This document shows, one piece after another, positions 45,392 to 55,035 of a stretch of 64,000 nt of DNA. A program made the position numbers and the translations under genes. This DNA is from a virus, in the IMG/VR virus record IMGVR_UViG_3300031227_009907, positions 1-64,000 of that record, one strand, 5' to 3'. The notes beneath the pieces were generated by a model. It saw nothing but the letters and a program-made list of their open reading frames with translations. It was not told the DNA's origin and did no database searches. The first letter of the stretch is position 1. Each line of letters opens with the position of its first letter.

Positions 45392-46310
45392 AGAATTGGA
45401 TTATGTAGAATTACGAGATAAACTAGATAAAGATAGGTTTGTTCTTGTTAGACTTCAAAAAACTCCTGATCCAAAGGAAGGACAGATTGTTTTAGAAATT
45501 AAGAACAGGTCTCAGAAAGTATCTGAATCTTTAAAAACTATAAAGGATAAAGAAAAAGAGGAAGATAAAGACAATAGAGAACTAGATGAAATATTTGAAT
45601 ATGTGAAAGAGAACCTATCGAGGGCGGCTACGGTCTTGGTCCTTATGAAGGCCGACGCAAAGCGTTCCGGGCCTAGTTCGAGGGGGCAGGAGACCTATGT
45701 GGGGAGCGTAGTGCATCAACCTAGCGAGTCTATTACGGGAGAAGGCTCTAAGCCTAAACAAACAAAAGAGGAAAATATAGCGGCTGTATTGATAGAGGAT
45801 GCAAAAAGAAAGGCTGCTATTTATAGAAATAAGCTTGATGCTTATGTAAAGACAATTCCAACATTAAGGGCCGATGAAGTAGTTCAGGTGGTAGGATACT
45901 TTAAAAATACAATTTTAGCTTTAAGTGAGATAAAAAAGCAACTCATTAAATATAAAGACGAGAAGGGGGCACAGGGAGCTATTGATGTTATTGATGAATT
46001 AATTAAGGACTGCAATAAGGGGATTGGGGGAACGGAAAGAAAAGGAGAACATGTAGTAAGCAAAACAATGAGGAAAGCATTAGATTGTACAGAGAAGTTA
46101 ATTAGTTCCGTAGAGAATGACTATATGGGGCTTAATAGGGCGAACCTTGAATCACGAATAAGAGATTTTCGTCAAATTATTGTAGTTTTTAGTAAGTTTA
46201 GGAGTCTTTCTCAAATGGGAGAAGAAAATAGAAAAAGGAGTGTGAATCTTGGAAGTCGCGTTGGAGTTCTTTTGAAGAGAATGCAAAGGCGTTTTGCAAA
46301 GTTAGGATAA
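45375..46310 (+). CDS. Charged helical hypothetical protein
   Basis: 311 aa ORF, AAGGAG RBS. Confidence 0.65.
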   Translation: MPNKPKELDYVELRDKLDKDRFVLVRLQKTPDPKEGQIVLEIKNRSQKVSESLKTIKDKEKEEDKDNRELDEIFEYVKENLSRAATVLVLMKADAKRSGPSSRGQETYVGSVVHQPSESITGEGSKPKQTKEENIAAVLIEDAKRKAAIYRNKLDAYVKTIPTLRADEVVQVVGYFKNTILALSEIKKQLIKYKDEKGAQGAIDVIDELIKDCNKGIGGTERKGEHVVSKTMRKALDCTEKLISSVENDYMGLNRANLESRIRDFRQIIVVFSKFRSLSQMGEENRKRSVNLGSRVGVLLKRMQRRFAKLG

Positions 46311-46328
46311 AGTAATGGGACACAAGTA

Positions 46329-46610
46329 ATGAGTGAGCCGAACCCCTGGGAACTACCGGGCGAGGAACTGGACGAGGCGGTGGCGAAAGCGAAAGGGTGG
46401 GTGGAAGACCCCAGCTGGTATTGGGAGCTCGGCCGCCCCTGGCTGCTGTGGAGAGAGATCAGGGTACACATGTTGATTCTCTACGCACAAGGAGCCCACA
46501 GAATAGCTCCATACCGGCACCCAACTCTAGATTTTGGACCGCTCTCCCCCGAGGCCGTCACCCGCGCCTGGCTGTGGTGGTGGTATCACCAGGAGGACAA
46601 AGAGAAATAA
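46329..46610 (+). CDS. GC-rich hypothetical protein (NinX-like ELDEAVA motif)
   Basis: L.G.ELDEAVAKA.GW; visibly higher GC than flanks. Confidence 0.6.
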   Translation: MSEPNPWELPGEELDEAVAKAKGWVEDPSWYWELGRPWLLWREIRVHMLILYAQGAHRIAPYRHPTLDFGPLSPEAVTRAWLWWWYHQEDKEK

Positions 46611-47374
46611 ATAAAAATTGTAGAATAATTTGTGGTGATTGTGAGAAGGTTATTTGCTGGTTTCCCAATGAAGTAATAGACCTTGTTGTTACTTCCCCGC
46701 CATACAATGTAGGGCTTGGGGAAAATAAATATAATAAACGGGGGTATGATCTTTATAATGATAAAAAAGGGTTTAAGGATTATATTGAATGGCTAAAAAG
46801 CGTATTTTCTTTGCTGAAACCTAAAATGAGAAAAGGAGGGCGTATTTGCATCAATGTTGGAGATGGGAAGAATGGAAAGGTCCCAACGCATGTATTCATT
46901 TCTTCTTTTATGATGAGTATTGGATATTTGCCTATTTCTATAATTGTTTGGGATAAGAAAGAAACGAGCAATAGAGCTAGTTGGGGAAGTTGGTTGTCGC
47001 CTTCGTGCCCTAGTTTTCCCCGGCCATTTGAATATATTTTAATATTTGCCAATGAAACAAGAAAGCTTTGTGTAAACGGGGAAACAGACCTTATTAAAGA
47101 AGAGTTTATAAAGTATTCTTATGGTTTATGGGAGTTTAGTGGAGAGAAAAAGGGAAGGGTTGGGCATCCCGCTCCTTTTCCAGAAGAGTTGCCATACAGG
47201 CTTATAAAGATGTTGTCATGGAAGAGGTCTGTTGTTTTTGATCCATTTTGTGGGAGTGGAACAACCTGTGTGGTGGCTAATAAACTGGGAAGGAAAACCG
47301 TTGGCATAGATATATCAGAAGAATATTGCAAGATAGCTAGGGATAGGATTGAGCAGTCTGAAAAGGAGAAATAA
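46607..47374 (+). CDS. DNA N4-cytosine/N6-adenine methyltransferase (beta class); start codon unclear
   Basis: IICGDC, DLVVTSPPYN, HPAPFPEEL, VFDPFCGSGTT, GIDISEEYC.IA..RI. Confidence 0.88.
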   Translation: MNKNCRIICGDCEKVICWFPNEVIDLVVTSPPYNVGLGENKYNKRGYDLYNDKKGFKDYIEWLKSVFSLLKPKMRKGGRICINVGDGKNGKVPTHVFISSFMMSIGYLPISIIVWDKKETSNRASWGSWLSPSCPSFPRPFEYILIFANETRKLCVNGETDLIKEEFIKYSYGLWEFSGEKKGRVGHPAPFPEELPYRLIKMLSWKRSVVFDPFCGSGTTCVVANKLGRKTVGIDISEEYCKIARDRIEQSEKEK

Positions 47375-47428
47375 AATTCCTATTACAAGGTTGTGGCAAT
47401 TGGCAGGAGTATTAGTGGGGAGGGAAAA

Positions 47429-47491
47429 ATGAGCACAGTAGAGAAACTGAATTGGCTGTGGTGGTGGTATCACCAGGAGGACAAGCCGTGA
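47429..47491 (+). pseudogene. Chimaeric gene stub MSTVEKLN-WLWWWYHQEDKP
   Basis: 47453-47484 is identical to 46569-46600 (end of 46329 gene). Confidence 0.6.
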
Positions 47492-47613
47492 AGCCGAAAA
47501 CCGACATGGTCTACAAAATAGTACGACGCAAGGGCGGTGAGGAGTGTGTGAAATAGCCTGGAATAGAATTGAGCAAGCAGAAAAGGAGGTAGAAAATTCT
47601 TATTACTAAGGTT

Positions 47614-47868
47614 GTGAATGTAAGGGCAGGGGGATGCGACGTATATATCGGGCGTCCTTCGATATGGGGGAATCCATTTATTGTTGGCAAACATGGAACA
47701 CGGGAAGAGGTTATAAAGAAGCATGAGGCGTATTTACGGAAGAATCTTTACTTGATTGCTAATTTATATAAGCTTGCTGGGAAGCGGATAGGGTGCTATT
47801 GTGCCCCTAAGCCTTGTCATGGTGATAATTATATAAAGCTTATACATGAATTTGGATTGGATTTATAG
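47614..47868 (+). CDS. DUF4326 protein
   Basis: DVYIGRPSIWGNPF, G.REEVI, L.GK..GCYCAPKPCHGD. Confidence 0.88.
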   Translation: MNVRAGGCDVYIGRPSIWGNPFIVGKHGTREEVIKKHEAYLRKNLYLIANLYKLAGKRIGCYCAPKPCHGDNYIKLIHEFGLDL

Positions 47869-47869
47869 T

Positions 47870-48262
47870 ATGGTTATAGAGAAACTGGACCTATCAACCG
47901 TGAAAGGCCCGTCGCCCGAACTAGCAGCGGCGGTGGCAATTGCACTGGGGTGGCGCAAAAAGGGTTGCGTCTGGCTGGAACCGAATGGCGACTCGCGATG
48001 TCTGATTTGGACGTCCGCTGATGGAGATGATCGCCACCGTTTCGTATGGCGTCCTGATCTGGACGACTCGCCCGCTATCCAGCTACGGGAGACGGAGGTG
48101 GCGCTGACAGAGCCACAATGGGGCCGATATACAGAGGCGCTGGAAAAGCATGTATGCCATAAACATGGAACTTACGATTACTGGATAATCCTACGGTTTC
48201 TACGTCAAGCCCCCGCTTGGCTCTGCTGTCGTGAACTGGTGCGAGCGGTGAGGAGTGCGTGA
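47870..48262 (+). CDS. GC-rich hypothetical protein (NinX-like)
   Basis: PELAAAVAIALGW, WRPDLD; higher GC. Confidence 0.6.
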   Translation: MVIEKLDLSTVKGPSPELAAAVAIALGWRKKGCVWLEPNGDSRCLIWTSADGDDRHRFVWRPDLDDSPAIQLRETEVALTEPQWGRYTEALEKHVCHKHGTYDYWIILRFLRQAPAWLCCRELVRAVRSA

Positions 48263-48279
48263 AATAGCCTGGAATAGAA

Positions 48280-48987
48280 TTGAGTAAGCAGAAAAGGAGG
48301 AATAAAATCGGAAGCCTTAAAAAACATCGTGAAAATGTAATTGAATTTAAGAAGAAGGTTTGCAATAAATATCCCGAATATAAACTTGGTATGTGTCTCG
48401 CTAAATTGAAAAATCCCTCAGGAGATGGGCATAGTTTTTGCAAAAGGTTGGCCATCAAAGGGACATTGCGTTGCAGGCGTCATGGAGGGCTTAGGGCTGG
48501 TCGTCCTGTGACTACGGGCCGCTACAGCAAGGATTTCACAGGAACGCTTGGAGAGCGGTATGAGGAGTTTCGTAATGATCCTAAATTATTGGATTTAACG
48601 GATGAGTTGGCTTCTTTTCGTGCTCTTTTTTCCGAGTTTAAAGGGCGTGGAGACGAGCTAATGGATATTGGCGTAGATGAAGATGGTAAACTTGTTATAA
48701 AAACTGTGATTATAAAAAATCTACAAGAATTATTGAAGAATATTAGCGTAACGGTAGAGAGAATACATAAAATACAGTCTGGATATTTTTCACCAGAAAC
48801 ATTGCCCATTATTATTAATCAAATTGTTAGTATCTCGGGAGGACTGTTGACTAGGTGCCCCCATTGTGGTAAAAGTCTTGCTGAAGTGGGGACTAGATTG
48901 TTTAATGCCTTACAAAAGATAAGAGTCCCTGGCGCAGAAAGTCTTAAGCTTCCTACGATGCCTTCTCAAAAAATATTAAAAGGATAG
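48280..48987 (+). CDS. Probable terminase small subunit (HGG-motif protein)
   Basis: C.AK...C...A..G..RCRRHGG ... TGRYSK ... L.DELA..RA; two genes upstream of TerL. Confidence 0.6.
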   Translation: MSKQKRRNKIGSLKKHRENVIEFKKKVCNKYPEYKLGMCLAKLKNPSGDGHSFCKRLAIKGTLRCRRHGGLRAGRPVTTGRYSKDFTGTLGERYEEFRNDPKLLDLTDELASFRALFSEFKGRGDELMDIGVDEDGKLVIKTVIIKNLQELLKNISVTVERIHKIQSGYFSPETLPIIINQIVSISGGLLTRCPHCGKSLAEVGTRLFNALQKIRVPGAESLKLPTMPSQKILKG

Positions 48988-49081
48988 AAAGCTTACAGTC
49001 TTTTTACGTTTTACATTTTTATATTTATTTATGCAACATAAATAGGCTGTGCATCTCTCCTTTATAGATAAGGATTATTAT

Positions 49082-49840
49082 ATGGGTAAGAGTGTAAAAG
49101 GGAAAGGAACGATTACTAGTGAAATTAGTGGGATATATGATAAATATAGCGGGGGTGAGATAAGCAAGGATGAGTTGGGCGAAAGGATTTTTCCTTATCT
49201 TGAGAATTTAGCGGCTTATTATTTTCAAAAAGCAATTAAAGATGGTTTTGGTGAAAATGATGGCGTTTTTTCTACCATTATTACAAAAGAAGAGATTCTT
49301 TCTGATTTAGCTTACAATTTTGTGCGCTCTATAGATAGGTTTGATCCCTCTAAGAATGTTACATTTGGAACATTTTTTTTCAAGAGAGCTATATTTTCTA
49401 TATTTAATGTGTATAGGGCCATATTAGGCAGAAGTAAAAATTGTCATGTTTTTAACGCAACGGACGAAAGAGAGGGGTGCCCTCGATCTTTTTCATTAGA
49501 TAACCCTAAACCCCATATAACTTTTTTATTTGACAATATTGTTTCAAGAGATAGGACTACTTCATATGGGGCCTTTAAATTGGGAAAGGCTGTAGACGCA
49601 AGCATGGGGACTACGGTTGTTATTGCTACTGGAAATGTGTTAAGGCGGCTTAAGGATGGACATAAATTATGGGGGGGGTGGTTTATATTGCATTATTGTG
49701 GAGATGTTACATTGGCTGATATTGCGAGAAAGAATGGTGTAACATTAGCATATATACATCAGAAAGTTAAAAGCATAAAAGAAAAAATAAAGATTGAATG
49801 TAAGAGATTGGATAGAGAGGGGTCTTTTATAAATGTTTAA
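49082..49840 (+). CDS. Phage sigma70-family sigma factor
   Basis: RSIDRFDPSKNVTFGTF (region 2); VTLADIARKNGVT.AYIHQ (region 4). Confidence 0.8.
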   Translation: MGKSVKGKGTITSEISGIYDKYSGGEISKDELGERIFPYLENLAAYYFQKAIKDGFGENDGVFSTIITKEEILSDLAYNFVRSIDRFDPSKNVTFGTFFFKRAIFSIFNVYRAILGRSKNCHVFNATDEREGCPRSFSLDNPKPHITFLFDNIVSRDRTTSYGAFKLGKAVDASMGTTVVIATGNVLRRLKDGHKLWGGWFILHYCGDVTLADIARKNGVTLAYIHQKVKSIKEKIKIECKRLDREGSFINV

Positions 49841-52772
49841 TCCCGGTATGAATGCGTTTGAAATGGCTAAAAAATGTTTGTGCGAAATAGGCAGACAGGG
49901 GGAAGAGTATTTTAGAAGGAAAATAAGCGATCCTCCTTCTCGTTCTTGTTTTAAAGAATATCCCGTTTCCACAAGAGAGTTTTTTAATAAATGGCTTGGA
50001 GAACCTTGTTATCCCTTACAGCAGAAAGGAATAGATAATCTTCTTGGAAGAAATCCCCTTAAGTGGAATATAAGATATAACGAGGGGATACTTTTTTGGG
50101 GAAAGGGAGGGGGAAAAGATAGAACGATTGCAAAACTTCTTGCTTATGTTATTTATTGGTGTATGTGTTTAAAAAATCCACAGAAGTTTTTTGAGAAACA
50201 AGGAAAAGATAGTCAAATTGCTTTTGGTAATGTTTCTATCAATAGGGATCAGGCAGCACAAGTATTTTTTAGAGAATTTAAAGCTATTCTTCGTAATATT
50301 GTTGACCCAAGAACAAAAAATAATTGGTTTGAAGATCATGGGGTGAATTTAAGTGAATCAAGGGGACACATTCATAAACGCGACATTGAATTTCCAGGAA
50401 ATCTTGTTGCCTATTCTCTTGATTCTCGGGAATACACAGGAGAGGGGTATAATCTATTAGTTGTTATTTTTGACGAGATGGGGGGCTTTAGGCCCGAGGA
50501 TGCCTTCCCTTTGTATGGTGCGTTAAAAGACACACAAACTTCTCGATTTCCATTAACACATAAGAGGGCTTTATTATCATTTCAGCGGAGTCCTACTGAT
50601 CCGATGAGTATTCGCTACGAGGAAGCTAAAACAGAGCCCAGGACATACAGAATGAGGGCTTCTACGTGGGAAGTCAATGCGGCTAGAAAAAAAGAAGATT
50701 TTTCTGAAGAGTTCCTTAAAAATCCTGAGCAGGCAGAACGTGTTTTTATGTGTAAGGCAAGGGTAGGAGAAAGAGGATTTTTTAGATACCCACAAGTTAT
50801 TGCTGGGGGAATAAATAGGCAAAGGCCCAACCCTATTATAGCGGGGTCTTCTCGTATTTTTGATTTAATGAAATTGAAAATAGACGGGCTTAGACCCGAT
50901 TTTATTGGTAATCCTAATCTTCAGTATTTTGGGCATTGTGATTTGGGCACTGGTTCTATAAAGAAAAAAAGAGGAGGGAAAGAGTCTTTTTCTCCTTCAA
51001 ACGAAAGAGATTGTGCTGGATTTTGTTTAGGTCATATTGTAAAGACGAAGGTTAGGGCGTTTAGAAGCGTAGGGGGAGAAAGCAAGTCAATTATTGAAGG
51101 AGTTGACCTTTCTAGGTTTAATGGGAAAGAGATGTATGGTGTCTATATTGATATATTTTTTCAATTGACCGTAAAAGAAGGGGAAATATTTTTTCCATCT
51201 ATTATTGATTTTATTGACTATCTACAGAGAATTCGTGGGTTTTATATTAAGAAATTCACGTACGATGGATGGCAATGCGTTTTTTCAGATACATATATCC
51301 CCCTATTAAGTGGGAGGAAGATTAAAATAAAGGATTTGGTGGGAAACTATGAAGGAAAATATGTTTATTCTTATGATATAAAAACGGGGAAGGTTGTTCC
51401 GGGAAGGGTAATTGGTGCAAAAAAAACAGGCAGAAAGAGAATTTTAAAGATAACATTAGATAATGGTAAATTTATTAAGTGTTCTTGTGGGCATCCTTTT
51501 TTAATGAGGAATGGTAGATATAAAAGGGCAAGAGATTTAAAGGTTGGAGATTCTTTAATGCCTTTATGTCGGCGTTTTTGGAAAGGTAAAATTAAAGGAT
51601 ACACGGAAGTATATCACCCTGAGAGTCGATATTATGAGATGGTTCATAGCATTGTTGCGAGAGAAGTTTTACAAGGAAGAAAGAAGAATGAAGTAGTCCA
51701 TCATAAAAACTTTGTTAAGTGTAATAATAATCCTGATAACTTATGTGTGATGGATAGGAAAAGCCACATAGGGTTACACGGTAAAAATGTTAGGAAGTTA
51801 TGGAAGATTCCGTATTATAGAAGATTGTTTATGGACGGGATTAGGAAGGTCTCAAAATGGAGGAGCAATAATAGAGAATATAAGGATAAGGTAAGGGAGA
51901 TAATTAAGAGGGTTTGGCAAGGAAGAAGTATAGAAGAAAGGAAGAAACTTTCTCAAAGAATTGCTAAGAGTGTAAAGAAATTGTGGGATGATCCCAATTA
52001 TAGGGAAAAACAGCGAAAAGCCCATTTAGGGAATCCGGGTTTTTGGAAAGGTAAAAATAGATCGCCTGAAACTTGTGCAAAAATAAGTAAAACGAAAATG
52101 GGAGTTAAGCACGGGAAATATAAAAATCATAAAATTGTTTCTATTGAAATGGAGGGGATGGAAGATGTTTATGACATTAAGGTAGAGAAATATAATAATT
52201 TTGCTTTATCTGCTGGTGTTTTTGTTCATAATTCAAAAAGTGATATTCAGCGTCTTAAGGCTATGGGGATTAATTCTGAGGTGTTGTCCGTAGATAGAGA
52301 TGCCGTTGCGTATGATACAATGAAAGGACTAATGTACTTAGGCCTGTTGGATTATTATAATAATCTTATTTTTATACGTGAATGTGAGGAATTGGAAAAA
52401 ATAGAGAGGGGGAACAAATATATTGTTGACCATCCTGCGCGTAGTGTAACCAGGCGAGTTCAAGAGGGGCGTATATCGGGGTCTAAGGATTTAACCGATT
52501 CTTGCGCAGCCACATGTTTTCACTGCATGGAAAGTGCTGGGGTTGAGTTTAGTTTTGGGATTCTTAATATGCAACCGTCTGAAACCGATAACCTTTTAAG
52601 GGATAGGGACCATAGAGGGGCTGAAAAGTATTATGAAATAGTAAGAGGAAGAGAAGTTCAAAAAGGGGTTGATACATTGAAACAATTAAGACAAGTCCCA
52701 TTGGTCCGGTATGGAGAGATTCCCGCACAGGAATTTCCTGAGGTTGATGATGTTCTTAATCTAGGGAGGTAG
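49833..52772 (+). CDS. terL: Terminase large subunit, intein-containing
   Basis: WGKGGGKD (Walker A), VVIFDE (Walker B), HCDLG, TYDGWQ|S..IQ.L, VDHP, SKDLTD. Confidence 0.9.
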   Translation: MFNPGMNAFEMAKKCLCEIGRQGEEYFRRKISDPPSRSCFKEYPVSTREFFNKWLGEPCYPLQQKGIDNLLGRNPLKWNIRYNEGILFWGKGGGKDRTIAKLLAYVIYWCMCLKNPQKFFEKQGKDSQIAFGNVSINRDQAAQVFFREFKAILRNIVDPRTKNNWFEDHGVNLSESRGHIHKRDIEFPGNLVAYSLDSREYTGEGYNLLVVIFDEMGGFRPEDAFPLYGALKDTQTSRFPLTHKRALLSFQRSPTDPMSIRYEEAKTEPRTYRMRASTWEVNAARKKEDFSEEFLKNPEQAERVFMCKARVGERGFFRYPQVIAGGINRQRPNPIIAGSSRIFDLMKLKIDGLRPDFIGNPNLQYFGHCDLGTGSIKKKRGGKESFSPSNERDCAGFCLGHIVKTKVRAFRSVGGESKSIIEGVDLSRFNGKEMYGVYIDIFFQLTVKEGEIFFPSIIDFIDYLQRIRGFYIKKFTYDGWQCVFSDTYIPLLSGRKIKIKDLVGNYEGKYVYSYDIKTGKVVPGRVIGAKKTGRKRILKITLDNGKFIKCSCGHPFLMRNGRYKRARDLKVGDSLMPLCRRFWKGKIKGYTEVYHPESRYYEMVHSIVAREVLQGRKKNEVVHHKNFVKCNNNPDNLCVMDRKSHIGLHGKNVRKLWKIPYYRRLFMDGIRKVSKWRSNNREYKDKVREIIKRVWQGRSIEERKKLSQRIAKSVKKLWDDPNYREKQRKAHLGNPGFWKGKNRSPETCAKISKTKMGVKHGKYKNHKIVSIEMEGMEDVYDIKVEKYNNFALSAGVFVHNSKSDIQRLKAMGINSEVLSVDRDAVAYDTMKGLMYLGLLDYYNNLIFIRECEELEKIERGNKYIVDHPARSVTRRVQEGRISGSKDLTDSCAATCFHCMESAGVEFSFGILNMQPSETDNLLRDRDHRGAEKYYEIVRGREVQKGVDTLKQLRQVPLVRYGEIPAQEFPEVDDVLNLGR
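51276..52232 (+). mobile_element. Intein (319 aa) with HNH homing endonuclease and NUMOD3-like motif
   Basis: Begins CVFSDT after DGWQ; HPFL block B; VHHKNF.K.NN.PDNL; GKNRSPETCAKIS; EDVYDIKVE..NNF..GVFVHN|S. Confidence 0.95.
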
Positions 52773-52776
52773 ATTA

Positions 52777-52986
52777 TTGGATATTGTAAATCTTGTAGAT
52801 AACAATAAAAAGCCAGCTCATTTGAAAAAGCGGATTACTTTAACCATATTTGATGATGATCTTGCAAAACTTATTTGTGATATATCTGAAGCGGTTGAAA
52901 TAGTAGGAAATAATAACAACGAAGTAGGGATGTCATTGGAGGAATGGAGGGTATGGTTTTCAGATCATTTAACAAAGGGAGAATAA
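52777..52986 (+). CDS. Small hypothetical protein
   Basis: GGAGG RBS. Confidence 0.5.
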   Translation: MDIVNLVDNNKKPAHLKKRITLTIFDDDLAKLICDISEAVEIVGNNNNEVGMSLEEWRVWFSDHLTKGE

Positions 52987-53181
52987 ATTGGGCATTTTAA
53001 CAGGATTATTTATTACATTTAAAATGTCTTGTTTAATTTATGGTGTATTCGCGTTGGCTAATATGTTTTATAGGATATATTGGGGGGAAGTATCTACGAG
53101 AGGCACCTACAATCTATTAGAGTTAATTATTTATTCAATACTCATAGGAATTGGGATAACATAAGAAGCAGAGGAGGTTAG

Positions 53182-53583
53182 ATGGATAATAATGAAATAA
53201 AAAAAATAAGGAACGCGATAGGTGAGGTGGATGAGCTTAACAAGGCCCTGGGGGTTGCGATTGGGGCCTTGGCAGTCAAGTATGGTCCTAAGCTGCTTGC
53301 GGGGGCTAAGAAGGCATGGAAGGGGGTTAAGTGGGCTGCTGGGAAGAAGGGGAAACGGGCGCTAAGAAGGAAGTTGGTACAGAATCCTGTAACGGGTAAA
53401 TTAATAGCACGTAAGAGACGTTTTAAAAGGAGACATCCTCGTGCATATAGGATTGGAAGCGGCATTGTTGATTATGCGGCTCTTCATGCTGGGTTTAATG
53501 TCGCTGGGAAGGTGGGAAGGAAGATTAAAGGTAGGCGTGAACGAGAACAGGTATATAGACAATTAGGCCGAAGAAACAGATAG
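53182..53583 (+). CDS. Very basic protein; leader + cationic amphipathic peptide
   Basis: GAGGAGG RBS; ..ELNKA|LGVAIGALAVKYGPKLLAGAKKAWKGVKWAAG.. Confidence 0.75.
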   Translation: MDNNEIKKIRNAIGEVDELNKALGVAIGALAVKYGPKLLAGAKKAWKGVKWAAGKKGKRALRRKLVQNPVTGKLIARKRRFKRRHPRAYRIGSGIVDYAALHAGFNVAGKVGRKIKGRREREQVYRQLGRRNR

Positions 53584-53602
53584 TTAGAATAAGGAGAAAG
53601 AA

Positions 53603-54304
53603 ATGAGTGAGGTGAGGAATATTCTTGGTGAGATTAGAAGTGCCGTTAAGACCATGAATGGGGAGATTCAAAAAGTATCTCCTCGTGTTTTAGGGTTGAT
53701 GGCAAGGGGAACTAAGCGCAGAAAGCAGATTACAGGGGTTTTAAGGGGGGTGGGCTCTGCTGCGTTGAATGTTAAAAGAAATGAGGCTGCTGCAAAGACC
53801 TATAGAGGCATGGCAAGTGCCGCCAAGACTTCTTCTAAAAGAAGGAAATTTTTAGCTTTAGCTCGTAAAGCCGAAAAGACGGTGCGAACCGGTAGGAAGG
53901 CTAGGATTGGTTCGGCTGCTGCCGGAGTTGGTGCTGTTGCTTATGGTGCTGGTAGGCGCAGGGGAAGACGGCAGGGAGACGAGTATGAAGGAGAGGAAGA
54001 GTATGCTCGTGGAGAAGGGCGGGGGGTTGGTGGTCCTCGTCAGGGCTTAGGTCCTGTTGCGTACTGTACTTGCCCTAAGTGTGATTATAAAGTGAAGCAT
54101 ACCCCTAATAAACCTTGTCTTGATATGACTTGTCCTAAATGTGGGGCAAAGCTGGTTGGTACAGAGAAGAAACCTAAAGAGGCGGCTAAAGAAGAGTTTA
54201 GCAACCATATTTCTGAGCCTTTAAGAAATGCCAAGTTTGCCGCTGAAGTATTTCAAGATAGAGCAAAAAGGGTAGAGAAAATACTTAAGACGATTGAGTC
54301 GTAG
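53603..54304 (+). CDS. Very basic modular protein with EEYA spacer and CxCPxC..H..C..CPxCG domain
   Basis: EIQKV|..; GAVAYGAGRRRGRR; EEEYA; CTCPKC..H....PC...CPKCG. Confidence 0.75.
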   Translation: MSEVRNILGEIRSAVKTMNGEIQKVSPRVLGLMARGTKRRKQITGVLRGVGSAALNVKRNEAAAKTYRGMASAAKTSSKRRKFLALARKAEKTVRTGRKARIGSAAAGVGAVAYGAGRRRGRRQGDEYEGEEEYARGEGRGVGGPRQGLGPVAYCTCPKCDYKVKHTPNKPCLDMTCPKCGAKLVGTEKKPKEAAKEEFSNHISEPLRNAKFAAEVFQDRAKRVEKILKTIES

Positions 54305-54307
54305 CAC

Positions 54308-54607
54308 ATGGATACTATACAAAAAATTCAAGTTCAGAATTTAAAGAAGGTTGTAGGTCGCCTTGCAAGACGGGCTACTCTTTTGTCTATAGTTCGTCGT
54401 ATAGGCCCAAAGGTATATTATACTTCCGGCGGTCTCCTTATTGGGGCTAAGGTAGCCAGTAATAGGAGAAGGAAAAGGAAGAAGAGGAAATGGGGGGGTG
54501 CTCCTTGGCGACATTTTAGTAAGGCTGCACTAATCTCGAAGCGTACGAGTGACTTGGTATTCAGTAAGATGATCGGGGAGTATGAAGATGGAACAAGTAG
54601 AGTTTGA
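54308..54607 (+). CDS. Very basic small protein
   Basis: LKKV|..GGLLIGAKVASNRRRKRKKRK..FSKA. Confidence 0.6.
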   Translation: MDTIQKIQVQNLKKVVGRLARRATLLSIVRRIGPKVYYTSGGLLIGAKVASNRRRKRKKRKWGGAPWRHFSKAALISKRTSDLVFSKMIGEYEDGTSRV

Positions 54608-54845
54608 TTTTAAAAAGATTGTTAATGCGGGAGAAGTGAAAGAAGGGGATATATTTGCTATAAAGACGGAATATCGTTTGCATCCTGAGCAGTGTGTTAA
54701 TTTTCGTAAATGTTTTGAGGAATGGTTTTCTGGGATGAAGACTTTGATTATTTTTTTTAAAGTGGGAGAAAGCATAGAACATATCTCTGAAGAAGAAATG
54801 AATAAAATGGGGTGGTATAGGAGGGATGATAGGGCAGGTAGCTGA
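54582..54845 (+). CDS. Hypothetical protein
   Basis: I..M...GW.R tail. Confidence 0.55.
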   Translation: MKMEQVEFDFKKIVNAGEVKEGDIFAIKTEYRLHPEQCVNFRKCFEEWFSGMKTLIIFFKVGESIEHISEEEMNKMGWYRRDDRAGS

Positions 54846-55035
54846 AATACCCAAGGTTCTTCATAAAACCATTTATTGCTGTGGAGAATGCCCTTTTTAC
54901 GGATATGTGCATTTACCTGGATTTCATAGTATAGGTAGTTTTATTGGATGTAGGGAGCGAAATATGTTTGTAACTGATAGCCAAGCTCCTCCTAAAAAAT
55001 GTAGGCTACCTAATTTAGAAGATAATAGTGGATAA
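54826..55035 (+). CDS. Small Cys-rich protein
   Basis: C.ECPF ... C ... P..C.L. Confidence 0.55.
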   Translation: MIGQVAEIPKVLHKTIYCCGECPFYGYVHLPGFHSIGSFIGCRERNMFVTDSQAPPKKCRLPNLEDNSG

